Under the pieces are notes generated by a model. It searched no databases and was not told the DNA's origin. It saw nothing but the letters and a program-made list of their open reading frames with translations. The translations under genes and the position numbers were made by a program. Below, in pieces: positions 22,058-31,016 of a stretch of DNA of 64,000 nucleotides. The stretch spans positions 12,752 to 76,751 of the forward strand of contig JAHWJP010000001.1 of assembly GCA_019348355.1 (NCBI GenBank), given 5' to 3'. Within the stretch, counting starts at the first letter, position 1. The number at the start of each line of letters is the position of its first letter. Source of the stretch: Actinomycetota bacterium (GTDB taxonomy: Bacteria; Actinomycetota; Actinomycetes; Mycobacteriales; SCTD01).

Positions 22058-22122
22058 GTGATCCACGCGGAGTTGCAGGTGGATCCCGGCCCGGGCTACA
22101 CCTCGAAGTCTCCGTGGATCAC
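22058..22122. repeat. REP-like 65-bp palindrome
   Basis: Perfect arms GTGATCCACG/CGTGGATCAC plus inner AGGTG/CACCT. Confidence 0.7.
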
Positions 22123-22523
22123 GCCTGGGGGTGGGGGTGGGGGTGGAGGGGAGACGCCGGACCGGATGCCTCCCCCACGCCCACCTGGTCGGCGTCGGCC
22201 GCTCGGCGGCTGCTCTGCACCACCGGAGCAGCGTCCGCCTCGTCGCGGTGCAGGATCTCGAAAGCGCTCGGCTCGTCGCGGCCCAGCGACAGCAGCGGGG
22301 CTGCGTCGACCTTCACGTCGTAGGACGAGAGGCTGCGGCGGTACGCGCCCACGCCGATCCACTCGGTGGTCAGCACCCACGCGGTCGGGTCGTCGGCTGC
22401 GCGTGCGACGCGTCCTCGGACGTAACCGGGCCGCACGGCGAAGGCGGCCAGCGCCGCCTGCGCCCGCGGCAGGAACGAGCCGGACTCTGCCTCCGGCACG
22501 TCGAACCGCGTCACTACCAGCAC
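22119..22523 (-). CDS. Antibiotic-biosynthesis-monooxygenase-like protein
   Basis: VLVVTRF...RPGY...DDPTAWVLTTEW..VGAYRRSLSSYDVK...EPSAFE; usual neighbour of glyQS. Confidence 0.8.
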   Translation of the reverse strand: MLVVTRFDVPEAESGSFLPRAQAALAAFAVRPGYVRGRVARAADDPTAWVLTTEWIGVGAYRRSLSSYDVKVDAAPLLSLGRDEPSAFEILHRDEADAAPVVQSSRRAADADQVGVGEASGPASPLHPHPHPQA

Positions 22524-22568
22524 GGATGACACGCTAGCTGCCGGTCCCCTGCTGGAAGGTCGTCTCAC

Positions 22569-22946
22569 GTGCCGAAGTCGCGATCACGTCGACGCCCGTC
22601 CGGCACTCGTTCGCGTCCCCGACCGCGGCCCGCAGCGCCCTCCGCGCCGCTCGTGCCGCAGCCGGCGCCCGGCCTGCGCGGGAGGGTCGAGCGCGCGAGT
22701 GCCCCCACGCTGCTGTGGCTCTCGGCCCGGCCCAAGTTCCTGCTGCCGGTCGCGACCGTCGTGCTGCTCGTCGTCGGCCTGGCCGCCCCGACGCCGGTCG
22801 GCGTGCCGGTGCTCGTGCTTCTCGTGCTGCTCATCAGCAGCCTGTCCTACCTCTCCTGGCCGGTGGTCGAAGGAGCAGCGCGACTGCTCCGACTGGCCAC
22901 GATCGGACTGCTGATCGCCGCGATCGTGGGACGGCTGTCGGCCTGA
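22569..22946 (+). CDS. Small membrane protein (DUF6703-like)
   Basis: LRGRVERASAP.L..L...PK; TM segments; LSYLSWP; RLLR. Confidence 0.7.
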   Translation: MPKSRSRRRPSGTRSRPRPRPAAPSAPLVPQPAPGLRGRVERASAPTLLWLSARPKFLLPVATVVLLVVGLAAPTPVGVPVLVLLVLLISSLSYLSWPVVEGAARLLRLATIGLLIAAIVGRLSA

Positions 22947-23048
22947 GTTCGCCCGAAAAGCAAGGGGGCCGCACAGCCGGTCCCACGACGTGTCAGGATC
23001 AGCGCGACCCACGCGACGGCGTGCGCATTAGGACATACGGAGGACACC

Positions 23049-23534
23049 TTGAGCGAGACCACGGACGCCACCCCGATCGAGACCGAAACGATCGCTGCTC
23101 CCGCCGACACCGCTGAGGCGGCTCCGGCGAAGGCAGCCAAGTCCACTCCCAGCCGCCGCGGGCGCAGCGCCGGCAAGGCCCCGGCGAAGCGCAGCACGAC
23201 CCGCCCCGCGCGCAGCAGCAGCTCGTCGTCCCGGTCGGGTGGCTCCTCGCCGGGTTCCGACGCGGCCGGCTCCCTCGCCGCCGCGCTGCGCAGCCTGGTC
23301 GGTGGCATCGAGAACGAGGTCAGCAGCATCTCCGGCTTGTCCGGTGAGATCGACACTCACGTGCAGGCGCTCAACGACCTGCGCGCAGAGGCGACCCGTC
23401 GCCTGCTGCACCTCGACGACCTGCGCGCCGCAGCCGAGGACGTCAACCTCAGCGCGTTCCTGGACACCTCCATCCAGCCGCAGCTGCCCCAGGTCGAGGA
23501 GGACTTCCCCGACCGGATCTACGGCGGCAGCTGA
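23049..23534 (+). CDS. Hypothetical protein: A/K/S/R-rich N-tail plus coiled-coil domain (paralog A)
   Basis: GGAGG RBS and TTG start; C-terminal 84 aa homologous to 23571-23885. Confidence 0.8.
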   Translation: MSETTDATPIETETIAAPADTAEAAPAKAAKSTPSRRGRSAGKAPAKRSTTRPARSSSSSSRSGGSSPGSDAAGSLAAALRSLVGGIENEVSSISGLSGEIDTHVQALNDLRAEATRRLLHLDDLRAAAEDVNLSAFLDTSIQPQLPQVEEDFPDRIYGGS

Positions 23535-23570
23535 GCGCACCGGTCCACGAGTAGCGCAGAGGGCGGGGAG

Positions 23571-23885
23571 CTAGCGAGCTCCTCGCCCTCTGCGCTTCTT
23601 CGCGGCGCCGTACATCCGCTCGGGGAACTCCTCCTTCACCTGCGGCAGCGGCGCGACCGCCGCTCTGCTGAGGTAGGCAGCCAGATGTGGGTCGTCGACG
23701 GCGGCGCGCAGCACATCGAGTCGGCGGAGCCGCTCGGCGGCGTTGGCGCGCAGCGCATTGACCTTCGTGACGTGCTCGTCGATGCGCCGGGACAGGCTCG
23801 TGATGACGGCGACTTCACTCTCGATGCCCCAGACGAGTTCGCGCAGGCCGTACGTCAACGTGGTCGCGGTCATCTGCTCGGGCAC
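23571..23885 (-). CDS. Hypothetical coiled-coil protein with basic C-tail (paralog B)
   Basis: AGGAGG RBS and GTG start; 44/84 identities to paralog A. Confidence 0.8.
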   Translation of the reverse strand: MPEQMTATTLTYGLRELVWGIESEVAVITSLSRRIDEHVTKVNALRANAAERLRRLDVLRAAVDDPHLAAYLSRAAVAPLPQVKEEFPERMYGAAKKRRGRGAR

Positions 23886-23904
23886 CCGTCCTCCTAGGTC
23901 TCGG

Positions 23905-23921
23905 GTTCACGCTAGGTGAAC
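23905..23921. promoter_or_regulatory. Palindromic operator GTTCAC-N5-GTGAAC (BldD-box-like)
   Basis: Fits TNAC-N5-GTNA and overlaps a TAGCGT -10 for paralog B. Confidence 0.45.
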
Positions 23922-23985
23922 GCACCGAACTACGGCAGCATTTGAGCCAACGTGCCTGCCGTGTCGCCGGTCACTGCACGTCCCC

Positions 23986-24801
23986 TCACCCCTCATCAAG
24001 GTCGACCGCGTTGGGCAGCGCCCCGCCGTACCGTCGGTCGCGCGACGCGTAGATCTCGATCGCCTGCCAGAGGTGGCGCCGGTCCACGTCCGGCCACAGC
24101 GTGTCCAGGAAGATCAGCTCGGCGTAGGCCGACTGCCACAGCAGGAAGTTCGACGTGCGTTGCTCACCCGAGGTGCGCAGGAACAGGTCGACGTCGGGCA
24201 TGTCCGGCTCGTCGAGATATCGGGCGAGGACCCGGTCGTCGACCTTCGCCGGATCGAGGTGCCCCGCAGCCACATCGTGTGCGAGAAGCCGTGCGGCGTC
24301 GCCGATCTCGGCCCGACCGCCGTAGTTGACGCACATGGTCAGGGTGCAGACGTCGTTGTCGCGCGTCAACTCCTCGGCCTCCTCGAGCTCCCGGATGACC
24401 GAACGCCAGAGCTTCGGGCGTCGACCGGCCCAGCGCACGCGCACTCCCAGCTCATGCATCTCGTCGCGTCGCCGGCGGATGACGTCGCGGTTGAAGCCCA
24501 TCAGGAAGCGGACCTCGTCGGGTGAGCGCTTCCAGTTCTCGGTCGAGAACGCGTACGCAGAAACCCATCCCACGCCGATCTCGATGGCGCCCTCGACGAC
24601 GTCGAACAGCGACGACTCGCCGGCCTCGTGTCCTGCGGTGCGCGGCAGGCCACGGTCCTTCGCCCAGCGCCCGTTGCCGTCCATGACGATCGCCACGTGT
24701 CGCGGGACGAGTTCGGGAGGCAACGCCGGCGGCCGCACACCTGAGGGGTGCGGCGTCGGGGGGCGCACCGTCGCGCGCGCCGGCGACGGGCGACGTCTCA
24801 C
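23986..24801 (-). CDS. uppS: Isoprenyl (undecaprenyl/decaprenyl) diphosphate synthase
   Basis: [48 protein letters not shown]. Confidence 0.95.
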   Translation of the reverse strand: MRRRPSPARATVRPPTPHPSGVRPPALPPELVPRHVAIVMDGNGRWAKDRGLPRTAGHEAGESSLFDVVEGAIEIGVGWVSAYAFSTENWKRSPDEVRFLMGFNRDVIRRRRDEMHELGVRVRWAGRRPKLWRSVIRELEEAEELTRDNDVCTLTMCVNYGGRAEIGDAARLLAHDVAAGHLDPAKVDDRVLARYLDEPDMPDVDLFLRTSGEQRTSNFLLWQSAYAELIFLDTLWPDVDRRHLWQAIEIYASRDRRYGGALPNAVDLDEG

Positions 24802-25523
24802 AGGCGCTCCACCAGAGGCAGGCTCCGCAACCCCCGCTCGAGGTGCCACTGCAGGTGCGCCGACACGAGCCCGCTCGCCTCGTTGCGGGTGCGCCGGTCG
24901 GCGAGCTCTGCCGCCGTCCAGTCCCCGTGAAGCAGGTCGACCATCAGCGAGAGTGCCGCAGGCGCCGGAGACGCCGTGCCGGCCGGCCGGCAGAGGGCGC
25001 AGACGGTGCCGCCTGCGGGGACGGAGAAGGCGCGATGCGGCCCGGGCTCGCCGCAGCGGGCGCAGTCCGACAGCGCCGGCGCGTAGCCGGCCACCGACAT
25101 GGCGCGCAGCAGGAAGGCGTCCAGCACCAGCGACGGGTCGCGTTCGCCGAGCGCGCGCAGCGCACCGACGACGAGCAGGAACAGTCGGAGCGAGGGTTCC
25201 CGCTCCTCTGCGGTCAGCCGCTCCGCGGTCTCCAGCACCGCCGTCCCCGACGTGTAGCGGCGGTAGTCGGTGACCAGGGATTCGCCGTACGCGGTGAGGC
25301 TGTCGGCCTGCACGACGATGTCCAGGTTGCGACCCTCGTAGAGCTGCAGGTCCACGTGGCTGAACGGCTCCACCGTCGCGCCGAACTTCGACCGGGTGCG
25401 CCGCACGCCCTTCGCGACCGCGCGCACCCGGCCGTGCCGGCGCGTCAGCACGGTGATGATGCGGTCTGCCTCACCGAGCTTCTGCACCCGCAGGACGACG
25501 CCCTCGTCGCGGTAGAGGCTCAC
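24798..25523 (-). CDS. recO: DNA repair protein RecO
   Basis: [41 protein letters not shown]. Confidence 0.95.
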   Translation of the reverse strand: MSLYRDEGVVLRVQKLGEADRIITVLTRRHGRVRAVAKGVRRTRSKFGATVEPFSHVDLQLYEGRNLDIVVQADSLTAYGESLVTDYRRYTSGTAVLETAERLTAEEREPSLRLFLLVVGALRALGERDPSLVLDAFLLRAMSVAGYAPALSDCARCGEPGPHRAFSVPAGGTVCALCRPAGTASPAPAALSLMVDLLHGDWTAAELADRRTRNEASGLVSAHLQWHLERGLRSLPLVERL

Positions 25524-25582
25524 CCCTGAAACGTAGTCCGGGCGGCGGGAGATCGCCGCGCGCCGAGCCGCCGGCGGCGCGA

Positions 25583-25618
25583 CGGCCCGGCGGTCGGGGA
25601 CGCCCGGTCGCCGGGCCG
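25583..25618. terminator. GC-rich hairpin after era
   Basis: CGGCCCGGCG...CGCCGGGCCG. Confidence 0.4.
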
Positions 25619-25623
25619 CGGTG

Positions 25624-26538
25624 TTAGAACCCCAGCTTGCGCAGCTGCTTCGGGTCCTTCTGCCAGTCCTTCGCGACCGACACGTGCAGGTTGAGAAACA
25701 CCCGCATGCCGAGCAGCGACTCGATCTGGTGCCGGGCGGTGGTGCCGACGCCCTTGAGCCGGGCGCCGCCGGTGCCGAGGACGATCGCCTTCTGGCTGTC
25801 ACGCTCGACGTAGAGCGTGGCGAAGACGTCCAGCAGCGGCTTGTCGTCGGGCCGGTCCTCCCGCAGGTTCATCTCGTCGACGGTGACGGCGATCGAGTGC
25901 GGCAGCTCGTCGCGAACGCCCTCCAGAGCGGCCTCGCGGATGAACTCGCCGATGAGCACCTGCTCCGGCTCATCGGTGAGGTCACCCTCGGGATAGAGCG
26001 CCGGGCCCTCCGGCAGCCGCGCGACGAGCAGGTCGGTGAGCAGACCGACCTGGAAGTCCGACACGGCGCTGACCGGGACGACCTCCGCCCACTCGGCCAG
26101 CTTCGACACTGCCAGCAGCTGCTCACCGACGGCCTGCTTGCTGCGCACCTTGTCGGTCTTGGTGACGACGGCGACGACCGGCGTCGTGACCTGCGCGAGC
26201 TCAGTGGCGATGAAGCGGTCACCCGGTCCGAGCTTGTCGTCCGCGGTCACGCAGAAGCAGATGACGTCGACGCTCGCGTAGGTCTCGCGCACGATGTCGT
26301 TGAGCCGCGAGCCGAGCAGGGTGCGTGGCTTGTGCAACCCCGGGGTGTCGACGAGGACCAGCTGTGCGTCCGCCCGGTGCACGATGCCGCGCACCGCGTG
26401 CCGCGTCGTCTGCGGCCGGCTGCTCGTGATTGCGACCTTGGTCCCCGTCAGGGCGTTGGTCAGGGTGCTCTTGCCGGCGTTGGGACGCCCGACGAAGCAG
26501 GCGAACCCGGAGCGGAAGCCCGCCGAATCAGTCCTCAC
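25624..26538 (-). CDS. era: GTPase Era
   Basis: GRPNAGKST, PQTTR, DTPG, TKTD, C-terminal KH domain. Confidence 0.97.
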   Translation of the reverse strand: MRTDSAGFRSGFACFVGRPNAGKSTLTNALTGTKVAITSSRPQTTRHAVRGIVHRADAQLVLVDTPGLHKPRTLLGSRLNDIVRETYASVDVICFCVTADDKLGPGDRFIATELAQVTTPVVAVVTKTDKVRSKQAVGEQLLAVSKLAEWAEVVPVSAVSDFQVGLLTDLLVARLPEGPALYPEGDLTDEPEQVLIGEFIREAALEGVRDELPHSIAVTVDEMNLREDRPDDKPLLDVFATLYVERDSQKAIVLGTGGARLKGVGTTARHQIESLLGMRVFLNLHVSVAKDWQKDPKQLRKLGF

Positions 26539-26562
26539 GGTCGACCACTCTCGCAGGGCGCT

Positions 26563-26925
26563 TCACGTGGTGACGGTGTGGTGCACCCGCCCGTCGTCGC
26601 CGGCGAGCCACAGCGGGACGCCGACCCCGAACTCGCGCAGCACGGCAAGGTCGGCCTCGCTTACCAGCGCGCCCCCTACGACGACAGCCGCCTCGAAGCT
26701 GCGCGCGCCGCTGGAGGCGGCGGCCGCGACGGCAGCCCGAAGCGCCGATGTCGTCAGTCCGGGGTCGGCGTTCTCAACGGTCGCCGCGGCGTAGGTGCGC
26801 CCGTCGCTGTCACGGACCGCAGCGCCCTCGGCCACCCCGGTGTGCGGCGCATGGGCACGGAGCCGCGCGCCTTTCGCCAGGGTCACGATTTTGGCGTCCT
26901 CCGGGTCGAGCTCCAGCACCGTCAC
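26563..26925 (-). CDS. Cytidine-deaminase-fold protein lacking zinc ligands
   Basis: GAAVRDSDGRTYAAATVEN; TSAL in place of (C/H)AE; no PCxxC. Confidence 0.8.
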   Translation of the reverse strand: MTVLELDPEDAKIVTLAKGARLRAHAPHTGVAEGAAVRDSDGRTYAAATVENADPGLTTSALRAAVAAAASSGARSFEAAVVVGGALVSEADLAVLREFGVGVPLWLAGDDGRVHHTVTT

Positions 26926-26985
26926 CGCGGGAAACACCTGCTTTCCGAAGGGGAGATTGATCGACCGATCGTACGTGCCGCGTCC

Positions 26986-27006
26986 TATTGGCAATGATTG
27001 CCAGAA
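26986..27006. promoter_or_regulatory. Zur box
   Basis: 7-1-7 palindrome TGGCAAT-G-ATTGCCA just upstream of the TAGGGT -10 of the zinc ABC operon. Confidence 0.8.
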
Positions 27007-27023
27007 CGGGTAGGGTCCTTGAC

Positions 27024-27920
27024 ATGCCTTACCCGACCAGCCTTGCCCTTGCCGTCACGCTCGCCGCGGCGCTGTCCGCGTGCGGCGCTACGGGCGAGTC
27101 CGCCTCCGGCTCGGCGGACAGCGCCGGGACGCTGAGCGTCTCGGCCGGCTTCTATCCGTACGAGTTCGTCGCCGCCCGCGTCGGGGGGCCCGACGTGCAG
27201 GTGACCAACCTCACCAAGCCTGGCGGGGAGCCGCACGACCTCGAGCTCACGCCGAGGCAGGTCGCGGCGCTGGGCGAGACCGACCTGGTCGTCTACGCAC
27301 GCGGCTTCCAGCCGGCGGTCGACGAAGCGGTGGACCAGCAGGCGGCGGACCGCGCCTTCGACGTGCTCACCGCCGTCGACCTCCGCGAGGGCGAGGCAGG
27401 GCAGGACGGCGCCGACCCGCATGTGTGGCTCGACCCGGTCCGCCTCGCGACCATCGCGACGGCTGTCGCGGACCAGCTGGCCGAGCAAGCCCCGGAGCGA
27501 GCCGACGGCTTCCGGGACAGGGCCGAGGCGCTCACCACCGAGCTCGAAGCGCTCGATGACGAGTTGCGCGCCGGCCTGGCCACCTGCGAGCGCAAGCAGA
27601 TCGTGACCAGCCACGATGCCTTCGGCTACCTCGCCGGCGCGTACGGTCTGGAGCAGGTGGCGATCGCCGGGCTCTCCCCCGACGACGAGGCCTCGCCTCA
27701 GCGCCTCGCCGAGGTCGCCGGGTTGGCGAAGGACCAGGGGGTGACGACGATCTTCTTCGAGGAGCTGGTCAGCCCCAAGGTCGCCGAGTCGCTGGCGCGC
27801 GAGGTCGGCGCGCAGGCCACCGTCCTCAGCCCGCTCGAGGGTGCGCCCGACGAAGGCGACTACGTCAGTGCCATGCGGGAGAACCTGACCACCCTGCGTA
27901 CCGCCCTGGATTGCGCATGA
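27024..27920 (+). CDS. znuA: Zinc ABC transporter substrate-binding lipoprotein
   Basis: Lipobox LSAC, EPHDLE, DPHVWLDP, TSHDAFGYL. Confidence 0.92.
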   Translation: MPYPTSLALAVTLAAALSACGATGESASGSADSAGTLSVSAGFYPYEFVAARVGGPDVQVTNLTKPGGEPHDLELTPRQVAALGETDLVVYARGFQPAVDEAVDQQAADRAFDVLTAVDLREGEAGQDGADPHVWLDPVRLATIATAVADQLAEQAPERADGFRDRAEALTTELEALDDELRAGLATCERKQIVTSHDAFGYLAGAYGLEQVAIAGLSPDDEASPQRLAEVAGLAKDQGVTTIFFEELVSPKVAESLAREVGAQATVLSPLEGAPDEGDYVSAMRENLTTLRTALDCA

Positions 27921-28704
27921 CCGCCGCGAGCCCGCGCTGACCGCCCCCGTCATCGACCTGCAGGACGGCAGCGCGGGGTACGACGGGCGGCTCGCCCTGT
28001 CGGGGGTCGACCTACGGGTGGAGGCCGGCGAGGTGGTGGCCGTGCTCGGCGCGAACGGCTCGGGCAAGAGCACGCTGGTGCGAGCCCTGCTGGGGTTGCT
28101 GCCGCTGAGCAGTGGACGGCTCGCGCTGTTCGGCGAGCCCGTGCAGCGCTTCTCGCACTGGCCGCGCATCGGCTACGTGCCGCAGCGGGGTGGGGCGAGC
28201 ACCGGCGTCCCGGCCACCGTGCGCGAGGTGGTCGCCACCGGGCGGCTGGCGCGTACCGGCCTGCGCCCGATGCGCGCCGCCGACCGCACGGCCATCACCC
28301 GCGCCATGGACGCGGTCGGCCTCGCCCACTTGGCCAAGACGAGCGTCGCCACGCTCTCCGGTGGCCAGCAGCAGCGGGTGCTCATCGCGCGCGCACTCAC
28401 CTGTGAGCCGGACCTGCTCGTGCTCGACGAGCCCACCGCAGGTGTGGATGCCGCGAACCAGCAGGCGCTCGCCACCTCGCTGGGCGCCCTGGTCGGTCAC
28501 GGCGCGACCGTGCTGCTGGTCACCCACGAGCTGGGGCCGATGCTGCCGCTGATCACCCGCGCCGTCACCCTCGCCGACGGGCGGGTCCTGCACGACGGGC
28601 CACCCCCGGACTCCGACCACCTGCACCTGCACGACCACGACCACGCCCATCCGGTGCACGACGAGGTGCCCTCCGCACGGGGCTCGGCCTGGGGGCTGCG
28701 GTGA
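27917..28704 (+). CDS. znuC: Zinc ABC transporter ATP-binding protein; apparent 1-bp frameshift near the start
   Basis: GANGSGKST, GYVPQ, LSGGQQQR, LDEPT, His-rich tail; frame open from 27937. Confidence 0.88.
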
Positions 28705-29573
28705 GCGCCCTGACGTTCGACTTCATGCAGCGTGCCCTGCTCGCGGCGCTGCTCGTCGGCCTGACTGCACCGGCCGTCGGAATCTTCCTCGTGCAGCGCC
28801 GCCTGGCCCTGATGGGTGACGGCATCGGCCATGTCGCCCTGACCGGTGTGGCGCTGGGCTTCCTGCTGGGGACGGCGCCGGTGCTGACCGCCGTGATCGC
28901 CGCCACGATCGGCGCGGTCGTCATCGAGCTGGTCCGGCAGCAGGGGCGCACCGGTGGTGACGTCGCCCTGGCTCTGCTGTTCTACGGCGGGATCGCCGGC
29001 GGGGTGCTGCTCATCGGGCTGGCTCCGGGCGGCAGCAACGCCAATCTGCTCTCCTACCTTTTCGGCTCGCTCACCGCGGTCTCCCCTGCAGACGTCGTGC
29101 TGATCTGCCTGCTGTCCGGCGCACTGCTGCTCACGCTCACCGTCGTCGGTCGGCAGATGTTCGCGGTCTGCCACGACGAGGAGTACGCCCGGGTGGCCGG
29201 CCTGCCGGTGCGCTTCCTCAACCTGCTGCTGGCCGTCATGGCTGCGGTCACGGTCACGGTGGCGATGAGGGTCGTCGGGCTGCTGCTGGTGAGCGCCCTG
29301 ATGGTCGTCCCGGTCGCGACCGCCCAGCAGCTGGTGCGCGGCTTTCGCGCCACCGTCGTCGTCGCCCTGGCGAGCGGCGTGCTCGCCTCGCTCAGCGGCG
29401 TGCTCGGCTCGTACTACCTCGACACGGCTCCCGGCGCCCTGATCGTCGTGCTCGCGCTGGGCGGGTTCGCCGTGGCTACGCTTCTCGGCACCCTGGTACG
29501 GCGGGCTCGCCGCACCACCGACATCGCCGCCCCGGTAGGGGTGGCTCTGCTCCCGCAGGAGGCACCGCCGTGA
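28701..29573 (+). CDS. znuB: Zinc ABC transporter permease
   Basis: FMQRAL, GDGIGHVAL, YLFGS, VVGLLLVSALMVVP. Confidence 0.92.
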   Translation: MSALTFDFMQRALLAALLVGLTAPAVGIFLVQRRLALMGDGIGHVALTGVALGFLLGTAPVLTAVIAATIGAVVIELVRQQGRTGGDVALALLFYGGIAGGVLLIGLAPGGSNANLLSYLFGSLTAVSPADVVLICLLSGALLLTLTVVGRQMFAVCHDEEYARVAGLPVRFLNLLLAVMAAVTVTVAMRVVGLLLVSALMVVPVATAQQLVRGFRATVVVALASGVLASLSGVLGSYYLDTAPGALIVVLALGGFAVATLLGTLVRRARRTTDIAAPVGVALLPQEAPP

Positions 29574-29965
29574 GCTCGCTGCCCGGCATCCGTTCGACCA
29601 GGCAGCGCACCGCGGTCGCCGAGGTCCTGGACAGCGTCGACGGCTTCCGCAGCGCGCAGGAGCTGCACGATCTGCTGCGGCGCGACGGGGCGTCGGTCGG
29701 GCTGACCACCGTCTACCGACACCTGCAGGCGCTGGCCGACGCCGGTCAGGTGGACGTGTTGCGCAACGGGGACGGCGAGGCCGCCTACCGCCGCTGCCCC
29801 ACCGCATCACATCACCACCACCTGGTGTGCCGTGACTGCGGACGCAGTGTTGACGTCGAGGGTCCGGAGGTCGAGGCGTGGGCCTCCGCGGTGGCCGAGG
29901 AGCACGGCTTCACCAACGTCAGCCACACCGTCGAGGTGTTCGGGACGTGTCGTCACTGCCGCTGA
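29570..29965 (+). CDS. zur: Fur-family regulator Zur
   Basis: RSTRQR, FRSAQELH, VGLTTVYR, HHHHLVCRDCG, C-terminal CRHC; in operon with znu. Confidence 0.9.
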   Translation: MSSLPGIRSTRQRTAVAEVLDSVDGFRSAQELHDLLRRDGASVGLTTVYRHLQALADAGQVDVLRNGDGEAAYRRCPTASHHHHLVCRDCGRSVDVEGPEVEAWASAVAEEHGFTNVSHTVEVFGTCRHCR

Positions 29966-30007
29966 AACCGAAGCAACCAACCGACCCGGTGCTGCGTCCC
30001 ATCGGAC

Positions 30008-30496
30008 ATGACAACCACCCGAACCCGTCCCGCAACCCGCGCCGCCGGTGCCACTGGCCTGACCGCACTGTTCCTGCTCGGCAGTGCTGGCGTCGCCGAC
30101 GCTTCATGCGTCCTTCCGCCGACCACCTCCGCATCCACCTTCACCGGCATCGTGCTCACGGCCCAGAATCGGGATCGCATCGCCCAGGTCAGGACCGACG
30201 CCGGAGCCGAGGTGATGGTTCTTGGCACCGAGAGTCCGGACGCGAACAGCGCCTCGTCGGTGGACCGGACCTTCGTTCCCGGTGCGCGCTACGAGTTCCA
30301 CCCCGCCAACGACGCGTCACCCTTTCGCGACAACGCCTGCACGGCCACCCGCCAGCTCACCGGTCCCGGGTCCGGCCCCGCGCCTGTGACTGCGGAACTT
30401 CCCGACACGGGAGTGCTCGGCTACCTGCCGGTGACCGGCCTGCTCATGCTGCCGGTCGGCGCGGCGCTCGCCTACCGGTTTCGGTCCGTCGTCTGA
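30008..30496 (+). CDS. Secreted protein with LPxTG-type anchor
   Basis: Signal peptide ending ADA-SC; LPDTG, hydrophobic segment and basic tail. Confidence 0.65.
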   Translation: MTTTRTRPATRAAGATGLTALFLLGSAGVADASCVLPPTTSASTFTGIVLTAQNRDRIAQVRTDAGAEVMVLGTESPDANSASSVDRTFVPGARYEFHPANDASPFRDNACTATRQLTGPGSGPAPVTAELPDTGVLGYLPVTGLLMLPVGAALAYRFRSVV

Positions 30497-30521
30497 GCTG
30501 CGGCATGCGGAGCCTCCGGTG

Positions 30522-31016
30522 TCAGTCCTGCTCGGCGCGCCACGAGCTGAGCAGTTCCGCCTGCAGACCGAACATCTGGGTCCGCTCCTCATCCTCGCCG
30601 TGGTCGTAGCCCAGCAGGTGCAGGACGCCGTGCGTGCACAGCAGGTGGAGTTCGGCTTCGGTGCCGTGACCGGCTTCGAGGCCCTGCCGCTCGGCGACCT
30701 CCGGGCAGAGCACCACGTCGCCCAGCACCGCAGGCGCCGTGTCCTCCTGCTCGCCACCGCCGGCGCCACGTCCGTGGCCGACACCGCGCGACCCGCGCAG
30801 GTCAAGCTCGTCCATCGGGAACGCGAGCACGTCGGTCGGGCCGGGCTCGTCCATCCAGCGCACATGCAGCCGCTCCATCTGCTCGACATCGACGAGCAGC
30901 AGTGACAGCTCGGCCAGCGGCGACACCCCCATCCGGTCCAGGACGTGTCGCGCGACGCGGACCAGCGCCGGCTCGTCCACGTCGATGCCGCTCTCGTTCG
31001 CGACCTCGATGCTCAC
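30522..31016 (-). CDS. ybeY: rRNA maturation endoribonuclease YbeY
   Basis: [26 protein letters not shown]. Confidence 0.95.
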   Translation of the reverse strand: MSIEVANESGIDVDEPALVRVARHVLDRMGVSPLAELSLLLVDVEQMERLHVRWMDEPGPTDVLAFPMDELDLRGSRGVGHGRGAGGGEQEDTAPAVLGDVVLCPEVAERQGLEAGHGTEAELHLLCTHGVLHLLGYDHGEDEERTQMFGLQAELLSSWRAEQD

